From Octopus sinensis (lineage: Eukaryota), in assembly GCF_006345805.1 (NCBI RefSeq), contig NC_043005.1, forward strand, positions 9,610,001 through 9,674,000: a DNA stretch of 64,000 nucleotides. The letters are read 5' to 3'. Position numbers and translations under genes: made by a program. Below, one piece after another: positions 26,098-39,620 of this stretch. Positions within the stretch are counted from its first letter, which is position 1. Every line of letters starts with the position of its first letter. The notes beneath the pieces are model-generated. The model did no database searches. It saw only the letters and a list, made by a program, of their open reading frames with translations, and was not told where the DNA came from.

Positions 26098-26604
26098 CGT
26101 TGCACATTTTTTATCGTATGACGTCGTTAATTCATTTGGTTTTAATTTTTTTATACAGCTATTTTATTGAAATCTTACATCATTTAATTTTTCTCTATTA
26201 TCGAAATAATTACAACCAGATGCATTGTCTTTCTATTAAACACTAGACAGGCACGTGATGTAAATCGATTGATGAATCGATAATTGGTTATCTTTGTTCA
26301 CTTTCTTCTTGATTGATATCTCTAACGTTTAGTATTATTTGTAGTGGTATTATAATTTTGAATTTCTTTTTGCTTTTCTCATTATGTTAGCCTAGACAAA
26401 ATAGACAATACCCATGCATAGTTTAGCCCTCCTAAAATAAACCGGGGTTAATGCATTTAACATGTAGAGCATATATATTGTTGCAGGTCACGATAAATTT
26501 ATAAATAGGGGCACAGAATAATGAGCGCTTGCGAAAAGCGACTATGTGAACTGTTTAGTAAAATCACAGTGGTATCAGGGGACAAAAATAATTGAGACAA
26601 CAGT

Positions 26605-26613
26605 ATTAGTAGC

Positions 26614-26672
<59 letters not shown>

Positions 26673-26683
26673 TAGTAGTAGTA

Positions 26684-26720
<37 letters not shown>

Positions 26721-26721
26721 T
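26605..26721. repeat. (AGC)n/(AGT)n trinucleotide array
   Basis: Seen directly. Confidence 0.95.
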
Positions 26722-27080
26722 GCTTTTGTTATTTTCCTCATCTTTGCCGTCGATCTCATTGTTTGTCTAATCTCCAGATACACCCTGATTAAAATAAACT
26801 AAAATAAATTTTTAAAAAAATGATTTGTTCCAACCATGATCATCCTGTCTGTTTGTCGCTGATGGTACATTACGGACTATATTATCGAGTGCTTGACCTT
26901 TTAAAGCAGTAAGATGTGTTTAGAGGGAAAATTTGGTTACGTTTGAGTTGCAGGTAAAATGGCTACTTCACCTGCAGGGCTGTAGAGACCCCGTTACTAA
27001 TTGATGTCGAGCACATTCATTAAGTAGGAGATTCTAGTAGTCAGTCATCCCTTTCGCATTATTAGGTGGTCATTGTAATT

Positions 27081-27332
27081 ATCATCATCATTCATCATTG
27101 TTCGACCGTGGTCGAGACAATGGAATTTACCATGCTACGCCAGACTTCATGGTCCATCATGGCATTACGGAGGTCCTGTTGCTGGATGCCTGTATCCCTG
27201 GAGATTACATCAGGGTAGGAGAGTGTGCGCCCTCTGGTATTGCGAGTAGAGGGCTTCCAGAGGAGAAGAGTAGAAATTACCTCTTTTTCAGCTCTACAAC
27301 AATGTCCAGCAAACTAGACTCTCTTACCTTTC
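27081..27332 (-). mobile_element. RTE LINE 3' fragment
   Basis: Homologous to 21936-22190 with the same (GAT)n tail. Confidence 0.88.
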
Positions 27333-27834
27333 ATTATGCTACAAAGCACAAACCTCAATAACATCAGCAGCGGCTTATTCATTGCAATAAAGTAGATTGT
27401 GTCAACTTTCTTCTTGGGTTCCTTGATGTCTTTTCTTACTATATACTTGCGACAGCCGAGGTCATCAGTTTGCCTTTCAACATTGCTGGATCGATAAAAT
27501 AAGTGCCACTTGAGCACTAAGGTTGACGTGATCGACTTAACCTCTTCCCTAAAATGGTTGTCCTCGTGTCATAATTAGAAAGGGTGTTTTATATATTTGA
27601 GAAAGGTGAGAGCTGGAAGGGTCATTAGCACATCGGACAAAATAACGAGTGGTACTTCTTTCGATTTATTATGTTGTGAATCAAAATACCGCTGAGTTTC
27701 AATTGACTTTTCATAAATTTGTGGTGAGAAAATAGAGGCTGGGGTCGGAGAATTTCACCTTTCTCTGTTCTCAAGTTTGCTGGCCTTGTGCTAAATTGTG
27801 AAAACCGTTAGTAAATATTTAAGAACGTGTGTGA

Positions 27835-28450
27835 ATAAGTGAATGAGTGAGTGAGTGGGTGAGTGAGTGAGTGAGAGGGTGCGTGAAGGAGTGAGTGAGA
27901 GGGTGAGTGAGCGAGCGAATGAGTGTGTGTGTGAATGAGTGAGTAAGTGATTGATTAAGTGAATGAGTGAGTGAGTGGGTGAGTGAGTGAGAGGGTGAGA
28001 GGGTGAGTGAGCAAGTGAGTGAATGAGTGTGTGAGTGAGCGAGTGAATGAGCGTATGTGTGAATGAGTGATTAAGTGATTGATTAAGTGAATGAGTGAGT
28101 GAGTAAGTGAGTGAGAGGGTGAGAGAGTGAGTGATTGAGTGAATGAGTGATGGCTTGAGTGAGTGAGTGGGTGAGTAACTGATTGATTGATTTATTTATT
28201 GAGCGAGTGAGTGAGTGAATGAGTGAGTGAGTAAATGAGTGTGTGAGTGTGTGAGTGAGTAAATGAGTGTGTGAGTGGGTGAGTGAATGAGTGTGTGTGT
28301 GTGTGAATGAGTAAGTGAATGATTGAATGAATGAGTAAGTGAGTGAGTGAGAGGGTGAGTGAGTGAGTGATTGAGTGAGTGTGAATGAGTAAGAAAGTGA
28401 TTCATTGACTAACTGAGTGAGTGAGTGAGTGAGTGAGTCAGTCAGTCAGT
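27835..28450. repeat. Complex (TGAG)n/(TGAA) satellite with ~120-130-bp higher-order units
   Basis: AAGTGAATGAGTGAG recurs at about 27838, 27957 and 28087. Confidence 0.88.
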
Positions 28451-29149
28451 CATTATATGTGATAAAGTGCCTTTTTGTGCTTGTGTCCTTCTTATGTGTA
28501 TATTCGCACTTTTGGTTGCATTCACCGAAACGTGTGAGTTTTCCCTATAGAGAACAGCATGTTTTGCGTATCATTGTATTCTTTTATTCTTCCTCATTCT
28601 TTAGTCATTCGTCTTCACCTGCTCTGTAGTAACAACTTGAAGATTTTTCGATTCAATCGATGGAGCCCACCATAGCATTTGTTTCCATATATATACGCTA
28701 CCCTTCAGTGAGGTAGCAAGGGCTGTGCTAGTGCATATGTGCATATAAAAATATGCACAATTATATTTCGTAGGCTCGTTTACATTTAAACGTGGCAAGG
28801 CCACTCCTCGGAAACTTTCGAGGGAGAGAGATTATAATTATAGAAAATGTGTGAGAAACACAACACAGTGGGACATAAAAGCCTCCTGTGAATGTAGGTT
28901 GGATGTATTTGCATCATTGCGCTTCAACAGAAAGATAAATTAAATACATTGTTCACAGCCCAACTAGAAGTGACACTCTGACAACGGATCAGAAAATGGT
29001 TAATTCGCAGATGTATTTAATTAATTAGAGGCACACTAAATGAGTGTGTGAGTGTGTGAGTGAGTAAATGAGTGTGTGAGTGGGTGAGTGAATGAGTGTG
29101 TGTGTGTGTGAATGAGTAAGTGAATTATTAAAATAAAGCTGTGTGTCGC

Positions 29150-29320
29150 AGGTGCAGGAGTAGCTGTGTTGTAAGTAGCTTGCTTGCCAACCACATGCTT
29201 CCGGAATCAGTCCCACTGCATGATACCTCGGGCAAGTGTCTTCTACTATAGCCTCGGGCTAACCAAAGCCTTGTGATTGGATTTGGTAGACGGAAACTGA
29301 AAGAAGCCCACCGTATATAT

Positions 29321-29363
<43 letters not shown>

Positions 29364-29592
29364 GTGTGTGTGTGTGTGTGTGTGTGTCTCTGTTTGTCAC
29401 CCCCCCCCACATCGTTTGACAACCGATGCTGGTGTGTTTACGTCCCCGTAAACTAGCTGTTCGGCAAAAGAGCCCGATAGAATAAGTACTAGGCTGACAA
29501 AGAATAAGTCCTGGGGTCGATTTGCTCGCCTAAAGGCGGTGCTCCAGCGTGTCCGCAGTCAAATGACTGAAGCAAGTAAAAGAGAGTAAAAG
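29150..29592 (+). mobile_element. SINE family B, full length
   Basis: Head-to-tail match to family B. Confidence 0.9.
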
Positions 29593-29723
29593 CTGTGTAT
29601 TGTTATATTTAACATGCTCGTGTAAAGGCAAACGTGGAAAACCCTTTCCAACTAATGGGTGTGAAGCGGAACCTGTCTCTGCAAGATGTGCAGTCTGCCA
29701 CACAGCTATGCTTTGCACGGATA

Positions 29724-29961
29724 TTACTCTTTACTCTTTTACTCTTTTACTCTTTGTTGCAGTTATTTGACAGTGGCCATGCTGGAGCAACGCCTTCAGT
29801 AGTCGAGCAAATTGAGCCCCAGGACTTATTCTTTATAAGCCTGGTACTTATTCTATCGGGCTCTTTTGCCGAACCGCTAAGTTACGGGGACGTAAATACA
29901 CCAGCATCGGTTGTCAAGCGATGTTGGCGAGGGGGGGGGCAAACACAGACACACAAAATCC

Positions 29962-30026
<65 letters not shown>

Positions 30027-30191
30027 CGACGGCCTTCTTTCAGTTTCTGTTTACCAAATCCACTCACAAGGCTGTGGGTGTCCCGAGGCTATAGTAGAAG
30101 ACACTTGCCCAAAGTGCCACGCAGTAGGACTGAACCCGAAGCCATGTGGTTGGTAAGCGACCTACTTACCACACACCCACTCCTACGCCTA
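29724..30191 (-). mobile_element. SINE family B, full length, inverted relative to 29150-29592
   Basis: Reverse-complement match with a (TTACTCTT)n tail. Confidence 0.9.
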
Positions 30192-31141
30192 TATATATAT
30201 AAAATTAAAGCTCTACCATGTTGACATTATATTTTATCCTTCTAGGATCGATAAATAAAACAAACACTTATGTACCGAGTTCTATCTCACTCTCCCTCTC
30301 TCAATTCATATCTCCCTCTTCATCTCCCTTTATATTACTCTCTCTCTCTGTGTCTCTCTCTCTCTCTGGCTTCCACAATCGGCTTGTTGCGCGGTGATAA
30401 TAATTATGGCTGACTATTGCCAGCTTTCTTTTCTCTCAAAATATTTTAGAGTTGTGTGAGGGACTATGTGGACTATGTGGACAATGTGTGAGGGACTATG
30501 TGGACAAGAACCGCGTAAGGACGAACCGATGTACAGTATATCACAGATTGGAAACCAGAAGTAACTAAATGGATACACATTCTTTCAGAATATACTTAGG
30601 CTTTGTATATATTTCTCTTCGAACGAAATATATATTTAGTCAAGCTATAGGCATTTCGGATAGAGACTTCTAAGGACAAATCTTACGCACATAACGATTT
30701 AAATGCTCAGTGAAAGGACAATTGAAATGTGTGGTTGATGAGAGTTGATATACGTGTGTAATGCCAGTATTTTAACAATAGGGGCATTAACAAGGAATTT
30801 CTTTTAAAAAGAACTTGTTCTGACACTAAGTGAAAATAAAAGATTAGTATTTATACGAACGCGTTATTGGATTCTTTAAGATAACATTATACCTTGTTTA
30901 TTTCCTGTTGGAATGAAACAGGAAAACATCAGATTAAAATCTTGTGAAATACTTCGAATTTAAATTTCGCCATAGCGTTATAGGTTTCTCTTCAAGTATG
31001 TATGTATTTATAATTTGGCAGCACATTGGAACTTAAGGTAACATTTAAACCAGTAGGATATATATACGTACATATATACCAATACACTTTTATACATTTA
31101 TATACGCACTCACACACACAGACACACACACACACACACGC

Positions 31142-31173
<32 letters not shown>

Positions 31174-31213
31174 CCATACATACATACATAATTACATATA
31201 TATATATATATAT

Positions 31214-31332
31214 AGGAGAGTTTACGAAAAAACAAAAGACGAAGACAGGTGGTGTACAAAACAAACAGACGCATTAATATACCGCTCATGAATAGAAAAA
31301 GTATTTTACGTTTCGAGCCTACGCTCTTCTAC
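31214..31332. mobile_element. Dispersed family C copy, truncated
   Basis: Matches 13994-14120. Confidence 0.75.
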
Positions 31333-32816
31333 ATATATATATATACATACATATATAAATATATATATATAATGTGTGTATGTGTGTATCCCCAACAAAT
31401 ATAGGTATAAATGTATATAACAGTAAATGTACGTGTATGTCGGTACGTGTATGGTAGAATGTAGTTGATAGTTTATAAGTAAAAATAATTTATCCTCTAC
31501 CAGCATAATAATTGTCTACTTCTTGTCAGTGACATCAAGAAACTTGTATTGAAATATTTATTAGCTCCGAATATTTACTTTAATGTTCTAAAAGGTGTTC
31601 AAAATAAGTCAAATAAATCTGTTGCCAATTATTGTTCCCAGATGTTCAATATAAACCAATTTACCTTTCTTTGGTTTACTTTACAAGAACGATGACAATA
31701 ATTATTTTTATAAAATAGAATATATTACCCAAATAGTCGAATGGAAATTGTTAGTGAAATGTCAGAAATGATGTAAATAGGAAGGAGAAAAGTACATACA
31801 AGTAATTTTTTCTTTCTACATTCTGTAGTCATGTAGCTAGCCAAGTGTAGACCTATATAGCTACACGAATTTACTCGTACGTTTATATTTCTTGATTATA
31901 TTCGATTGGTTGCCTTTATTCTCTATAAGTCGTATGAGGTTCAAAAATATTTGAATGTTATGGCCACTTTAAGGCGTCTTTCAAGACATTTTAAAAATTT
32001 GTTCACTGAAATATATTTTAATCTGTTGTATTGCTTTAGACCATTCTTCCCAATCGATTTTTGGCCATGCCCCACAAAATCATTTCTAAAATCCTGATGC
32101 CCCCGTGTAATATTTAATTTTTGTTATTCATAATTTGGTTATTGTTTACAATATTACCCGGAAACAAAATTTAAAAAAAAATACCGTAACAGATATAAAA
32201 AAATGTGTGGAGAGCAACGGGGTGAGTGGGGAGAGTACTTCGGAAAATTCACAAGATCCGAGTTTTTCCCTCATAACTTTTAGGAAAATGTCTTTCTTTT
32301 AATGAACTTTTATGCCTTTCAACCGGCATAGATTAGGATTATAAAGAAATTTATGGGAAAATCTTTTTCCAAGGGAGGGAGGAGAGGACTTCGGAAAATT
32401 CACAAGATCCGAATTTTTCGCCCATAACTTGATCACAGTTTATTGTGTATAGTGGGTATAAGTCCAAGTTTTAAATATTCCTCTGAATATTGATGAACTT
32501 TTTATTTTTAGTTGCATTACTCATTTTATGTATTTTTGAATCAAACACGAAGAGATTTCAGTTCAAGCAAATTCTTTAAACAGTTTCTTCTAAAAGATTT
32601 AAGTATAAACTTTCGGAAAACATGCTCAAAAAGAAACAAAACATATTCCGTGAATCTTCTCAGCTGCAAAAAGCCTTTGTATTAATGATAGAAGTTTTTT
32701 CTTACCTTTTTGCTGAATTCCCAAACTGACTGGTGGGAATAAAGTGACCTGCCAATATTTATCTCTGCTCATATACATACGTGTGTGTATGTATGTGTGC
32801 GTTACCAGTACCATAA

Positions 32817-32860
<44 letters not shown>

Positions 32861-34461
32861 CTCTCTCTACCTATTTCTCTTCCTTCACTGACCCTACCCC
32901 TTACTTCCACTCCATTTCAACCCATTCCACACCGTTCAATACTTTCACCCCTCATCCCCAACGCCATTTATTGCTCCAACAACACTCTGAAGCACCACAC
33001 TTTTCTTGTGTACCAAGATTTTTGTCACCGGAGATGAGTCAATAGTTTTAGACACTCCTGCACACAAAGTTTGTCTCCAGTTTATTTCTCCATGGGGAAT
33101 TAAGATGGCATTGCTTTCAGTACTGACCAGTTCTAAACTACATACACGCATGCACGCATACACATACGCGTTTGTAATTACCTACATGTTTTCACAAACC
33201 AAAATCGAAGGAAATAATCAATTCCCTCTTTAGTGGCATCAGATCTTATTAATATGATGAAAACGACCTGTTGTCCGTAAAGTGTCCAAAATTTGATAAA
33301 ATTTTCCACTGAAGGTATGTAAAGATTTAAAAAAAAAAACTCATTCTCGAATTGGCCCCTTTCTCTAGTGGTATACTAAACATTGTGTACAAAAGATGTA
33401 AATTCAACATATCTCTACGCATGCCCCACCAAAATATTGCCATGCCCCACGTTGGGAATCACGGCTTTAGACTCATTTATACTTTAATGTGAGTAGTGCT
33501 TTCAAACTGATGCTTATGGACAATCATGGTCTTTTACAGAAAGCATAGACAACAAGTTCCAATTGTGTTTATTGTTTTTTTGCTGTTGACTGTGTGTTGA
33601 ACAAGGTTTTGTGCTCTTGGCTGGCTACCCAAGATTTCGATTCCGATGTACACTTTGAACTTTTGTAGGTTGATGGCTGCAGAAAAAGTGAAAACATAGG
33701 CGCTAGTAAATTATTAAATCGTTACTATTATTACTGCACTGATATAGGTATTATTATTATTATATCACTTATAAGGTCATTATTATTAAATCAAAGATTT
33801 ATTGCAACACACAAAAGCAAAATTGCTTTTAACCAGTACATTATTAGTTATAGTAGCCGTAACGATTGTACAACTTGTGACAGCTACATAGATACAGTAA
33901 CAGTAATTCATGCGAGAAAACACTCACTGACAATCACAAGATGTTATGAGATTGTATCTTTGAGGAAGTATGATTTATAGGTGCAAACATTTTGTTGCAA
34001 TGGAAAATTCTTGTATTGACTAATAGGAAAATATTTTATAATTGTCATTTGCTTGGGGGTGGTCATGATTATTTTATTATATATATAGTTTCAGTGGTTT
34101 GACTTTTAAATTATGCATAATATAAGCAATGTCCATTAGTTTAAGAGATGGATTTGAAGATTTCTAGCTCGGGGCTACGTTGAACACAAACTTGGTGACG
34201 AGGAGTTCAGAAATGTATGAATCATAAGGCGTTAGTGGGTGTTAGACGAAGTCGCTGACCTCTGACATTAAAAACCACTGCTAGAGAGGATAAATATCTA
34301 TGGGAGATATATTTGTGCACGTTTGAATGACTTCATATATGTCGGTTTTATGACTTTTCTGGATGTGATCTGGGATATTTGTGCATACATACATACATAC
34401 ATAATGCATGCATGCATATATGCATGCATGTGTGCGTGAATGCATACATAATACGTACATA

Positions 34462-34724
34462 AAATAAAATAAATAAATGCACCCTTTTAAAGCCTAGCCA
34501 GGATTATGAGTCCGTTCTCCCAGTTTCAATGGGGCATGTGTTCCCCAGCTGGACGGACGCCAGTCCATCGCAGCGTTACTCATTTTTGCCAGCTGAGTGG
34601 ACTGGAGCAACGTGAAATGAAGTGTTTTGCTGAAGAACACAACACGTCGCCCGGTCCAGGAATCGAAACCACAATCTTACGATCATGATGCTGACACCCT
34701 AACCACTAAGCCACGCGCCTCCAC
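34462..34724 (-). mobile_element. tRNA-derived SINE family E (CORE-like plus V-like central blocks)
   Basis: A and B boxes, then TGTTGTGTTCTTCAGCAAAACACTT and GCGATGGACTGGCGTCCGTCCAG. 13-bp TSD TAATACGTACATA at 34449-34461 and 34725-34737. Confidence 0.85.
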
Positions 34725-35288
34725 TAATACGTACATACATGCATGAATTTGCAGAAAAAATTTATCTGAGGCTGTGAGAGTATGAACAGAATTTCTGAAT
34801 ATTTGAAACGTATTTCTGCATGCATTTTCATCAGTGGGGAACTTTTAGTGATGTAGTTATTTTTCCTCGATATGTGCAGACACTAATTCATATCTTTGTT
34901 GAATGAGATTTTACTAAGCATAGATTTCGGAATGTTATTAAAGCCTGTGTTTGTAGAAATGTTTGATTTCTGCTAGGAGTCTGACTGTTTTTGGATGGCT
35001 TTACGAATGAAAAAGGAAAGCAGTGTCAAATGCATTTTGAGCACCAATTGTGCATGTATGCTTAGAGGTTATTGTCCCGAATTGTGAAAGAAGACAACCT
35101 CTGGTATTCAGAGGAATTACATTTAATTGTCGATACCACAGAATTTGCAAGTACAAGGAACAAAACATAGATTTGAACCCTTTATTTCAGGGTTTAATGA
35201 TTAAGAATATGATTTGTTAGAATGTTTATAAAGATGCAAAGTACTACCTTTGCGGATATATTTCTAATTTGGTAGAAAGTTACTGTTA

Positions 35289-35699
35289 TACTCTTTACTC
35301 TTTTACTTGTTTCAGTCATTTTGACTGCGGCCATGCTGGAGCACTGCCTTTAATCGAGCAACTCGACCCCGGGACTTATTCTTTTGTAAGCCCAGTACTT
35401 ATTTTATCGGTCTCTTTTGCCGAGCCGCTAAGTAACGGGGACATAAACACACCAGCATCGGTTGTCAAGCAATGCTAGGGGGACAAACACAGACACATAA
35501 ACACACACACACATATATATATATACATATATACGACGGGTTTCTTTCAGTTTCCGTCTACCAAATCCACTCACAAGGCTTTGGTCGGCCCGAGGCTATA
35601 GTAGAAGACACTTGACGAAGGTGCCACGCAGTGGGACTGAACCCGGAACCACGTGGTTGGTAGACAAGCTACTTACCACACAGCCACTCCTGCGCCTAT
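35289..35699 (-). mobile_element. SINE family B, full length
   Basis: Reverse-complement match to family B. Confidence 0.9.
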
Positions 35700-35911
35700 A
35701 TTCACTTCTGCTTAATAAAATTCATAAGACAGGGCTTGGATGACTAAATAAAAAGCGATGGGACCAACGATTGTTAAAACGAGAGAAAGAAGAGCCCTGC
35801 TCCTTTCTTCCGGTCTCTCCTACTATGGAAACACCTTCTACCCCCGCTTTTCTCTAAATTCCTTTAAGCTGCTAAACCAATCCATCCATTTATTTAATAG
35901 TTATACTGACT

Positions 35912-36301
35912 AGTGGAGGCGCAATGGCCCAGTGGTTAGGGCAGCGGACTCGCGGTCATAGGATCGCGGTTTCGATTCCCAGACCGGGCGTTGTGAGTGT
36001 TTATTGAGCGAAAACACCTAAAACTCCACGAGGCTCCGGCAGGGATGGTGGTGATCCCTGCTGTACTTTTTCACCACAACTTTCTCTCACTCTTTCTTCC
36101 TGTTTCTGTTGTACCTGTATTTCAAAGGACCGGCCTTGTCACTCTCTGCGTCACGCTGAATATCCCCGAGAACTACGTTAAGGGTACACGTGTCTGTGGA
36201 GTGCTCAGCCACTTACACGTTAATTTCACGAGCAGGCTGTTCTGTTGATTCGGATCAACCGGAACCCTCATCGTCGTAACTGACGGAGTGCTTCCATCCC
36301 C
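35912..36301 (+). mobile_element. SINE family A, tail type A2
   Basis: Same head as A1 with a different 3' half. 13-bp TSD AGTTATACTGACT at 35899-35911 and 36302-36314. Confidence 0.92.
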
Positions 36302-37269
36302 AGTTATACTGACTGTCATCTTCGGAATTCAGATTACTTCAACGGTTACTGAGGTTTTAAGCATAAATATAGTTGTGTTTCTTCCCAGAAAACATTTCTG
36401 TATTTGAGTTGAACCATCATTTATGCAATTCTATTACTTCGATACACCTCTAAGCCAGCTTGTCAAAATTGTCACTGCTAAATATTTAAAGATCTTCAAT
36501 TCATTGTCAAACCGTTATGAATTTCCTCTTTGGAATAAGAATATTCATGAACAGCATGTTGTTGTACAAGCTCCATAATAATATTTTCGGGGCAGATTCA
36601 AATATTTCTATTTTCATTGGGTCCCTTCTAAATACAAGGAAATATGCGCGGTGGATACAGATTTGAGGGGGAAACAGTAGAAGTTTCGCATCATAAAATG
36701 AATAGTTTACCGGAGATATTTATCTATTGTTGACAAGACAAATATCTGGAGCTTAATATTTGATGCAATTACGGAGGCGGGTGACAAATTATTTATCTTG
36801 GACAGATTCCATTAAATGTAACGGGTAATTGAGCTATGAAATAATTATAAGAAAAACACGTAATTTTAACTGAAGTTCTGCTAAAAACCTTACCATATCT
36901 ATATTTATGTCGAACGAGAAAAGCTATTACAAGCTGGAATTAATTAATTGCTAATGATTATGCTTATGTTTTGAAATAAGCTTTGAATCAAGGGAACATA
37001 TGTTTTAACTGAAAATCCGCGATAATGGGGACCTCATAAAATTAATTAGAAAAATGATGATTCATATGAGGATAATGAAATTATACTATATTAGCAATAA
37101 AATGTAAAATAATGCATTAGTAATTGGTATCCACATAAATATGAAATAGTTCTTCGTTTGGTACATTAGTTACAATAGTTCTTCATTGGGTTGATATAGC
37201 AAAAAGAAAAAAAACGAAGGGCAATAATGAACGCAAATCATAATCCTATTTCGCCAAAGATATATATAT

Positions 37270-37723
37270 ACACGAGCAAAAGGCCCCCGGTGCTGAGTTG
37301 TCAAACATTTAAACCAATTTTTTTCAAAACGTCTTGTCCGACCATCCCATAGGCCTCCCCTTTTAGAAACACTTATTTAAACTCAATTTGAGACACCAGC
37401 AAAAGCGGAAATAAAGATAGACTTTTTTCTATTCCAAAGAAAAACGATTTTATTAACACAAATATGTAACCGAAGAGTTAAAATTACCAGTAAGTACATC
37501 GCAACAGTTGATGTACTTGCGCGTACAAATGCAGGTTCCCACGGCTTTATCGATCGCATTCTCACCTGGAATCGATTTTTATAATTTTTTCAAAACTTAT
37601 ACACGCCCTGATACCGTCGGTATGTACATATAAAATTTGAGCGCAATCGGATGGAGGGTGCCGAGATCATAGAAGACACACATACACACACACAGACAGA
37701 CAGAACGGATTTTATATAACAGA
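37270..37723 (-). mobile_element. Probable degenerate Helitron
   Basis: The minus strand begins ATCTGTTATATAAAATCCGTTCTGTCTGTCTG. A GC-rich patch lies near the other end; the CTAG terminus is not intact. Confidence 0.4.
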
Positions 37724-37724
37724 T

Positions 37725-37836
<112 letters not shown>

Positions 37837-38382
37837 GAAGAGTGCTGGCTCGAAACGTAAAAGATTTTCTCACCTTCCCCAGCTTTAAACTAATACAACT
37901 TTTTGTGGTTTATACACGTCTTCGTCTTTTTTTCTGTAAATTTCAACTGTATGTATGTATGTATGTATGTATGTATGTATGTATGTATGTATGAATGAAT
38001 GAATGAATGTATGTATGTATGTATGTATGTATGTATGTATGTATGTATGATGTATGTATGTATGTATGTATGTATGTATGTATGTATGTATGTATGTATG
38101 TATGTATGTATGTATGTATGTATGTATATGGTTTGTCCACTGTTGTGCTGAGAGTCACGATGCCCCTTGTGAGATATAGACTGGACCGAGTGATTGTAAA
38201 TAGTGTTGGTCGGAGTGGAGTTTCTGTGTTAGTTCGGGTTGAGTTGGGAGTGAAGTCGGAAGGTGTTGGTAGATTAGTTCGTTTGGAATATTGAGTGTTG
38301 GTTCGTGAAAAGATTGTTGGACCAACAATACGTTGTTATTACGTCTGCATCGCTTTAGCTTGTCTACTGTAACTACACTGGT

Positions 38383-38770
38383 GGATGGAAGCACTCCGTC
38401 GGTTACGACGATGAGGGTTCCGGCTGATCCGAATCAACGGAACAGCCTGCTCGTGAAATTAACGTCTAAGTGGCTGAGCACTCCACAGACACGTGCACCC
38501 TTAACGTAGTTCTCGGGGATATTCAGCGTGACACAGAGAGTGACAAGGCGGCCCCTTGAAATACAGGTACAACAGAAACAGGAAGAAAGAGTGAGAGAAA
38601 GTTGTGGTGAAAGAGTACAGCAGGGATCACCACCATCCCCTGCCGGAGCCTCGTGGAGCTTTTAGGTGTTTTCGCTCAATAAACACTAACAACGCCCGGT
38701 CTGGGAATCGAAACCGCGATCCTATGACCGCGAGTCCGCTGCCCTAACCACTGGGCCATTGCGACTCCAC
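38383..38770 (-). mobile_element. SINE family A, tail type A2
   Basis: 11-bp TSD ACTACACTGGT at 38372-38382 and 38771-38781. Confidence 0.92.
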
Positions 38771-38978
38771 ACTACACTGGTACCGTGTATCTAAATCATA
38801 CGTCGAAATATCATAGAGATACCTCGACATTGGAGACGGATGATACAACATCCATCAAGTGATACGGGTTTCACGGAGGTTATTTAACAATTTATTCGTG
38901 ATACGACTTGTTAAACGATGGAAGACCTATTAGCTTCTATAATACAGTTGCAAAAGCAACAGCAAGACCAGCAACAGG

Positions 38979-39265
38979 AGTGGAGGCGCAAAAGCCCAGT
39001 GGTTAGGGCAGCGGACTCGCGGTCGTTAGAACGCGGTTCGATTACCAGACCCGGCATTGTGAGTGTTTATTGAACAAAAACACCTAAGCTCCACGGAGAA
39101 TTCACAAAAAAGACCACGACAGGTGATGTAGACAACAAACAGATGTATTAGTATAACGCTCGGGAAGAGAAAAAGTCTTTAACGTTTCGAGCTTACGCTC
39201 TTACACAGATAAAAACACAGAAAGAAACAAAGAGAGAAAATAAAGAATGTGTAGTGGCTAGCGAC
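38979..39265 (+). mobile_element. SINE A head (38979-39095) fused to a family C copy (39096-39265)
   Basis: Abrupt switch after GCTCCACG into GAGAATTCACAAAA..AACGTTTCGAGCTTACGC. Confidence 0.75.
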
Positions 39266-39345
39266 GCATATATACATACACGCAAACACATACACGCATG
39301 CACGCATACATACTCACAAGCATAAGCACACACACTCACACACAC

Positions 39346-39490
39346 ACGAGAGTGTGTTTTATTCAACATATTCCCTTTTCAGTTTTACACTGCTATTGCA
39401 GCTGCCCTTCAGTTTTTCTGTAAAAGAAAAAATCGGAAGGTTGGGCCCTTCACGAAGTACTGAAAACCAAGGACTTTTCAGCACCCTCTT
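39346..39490 (-). mobile_element. Mariner-derived MITE, partial copy
   Basis: Shares TTATTCAACATATTCCC and GACTTTTCAGCACCCTC with 7389-7603. Confidence 0.6.
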
Positions 39491-39620
39491 ATAGACGCGC
39501 ACACTTGGTTTTATGCATCTACAATTCATCCAACACACTAACTCAACCACATTTACAAACACCAGGAACTCTCTTAAAGAAAAACATAAATAAAACTCGA
39601 ACCCAAATCATACATACATT

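Noticed and set aside
26499-26783. Poly-Thr/poly-Leu ORF
   Set aside because: It is a translation of a trinucleotide microsatellite.
30453-30507. Direct repeats of TGTGTGAGGGACTATGTGGAC
   Set aside because: Only two copies plus a 9-nt slippage duplication with almost no spacer. This is a local duplication, not a CRISPR array.
32230-32431. ~50-bp direct repeat about 150 bp apart (CTTCGGAAAATTCACAAGATCCGA)
   Set aside because: Two copies only; probably a subterminal repeat of an old DNA transposon, and no boundaries could be defined.
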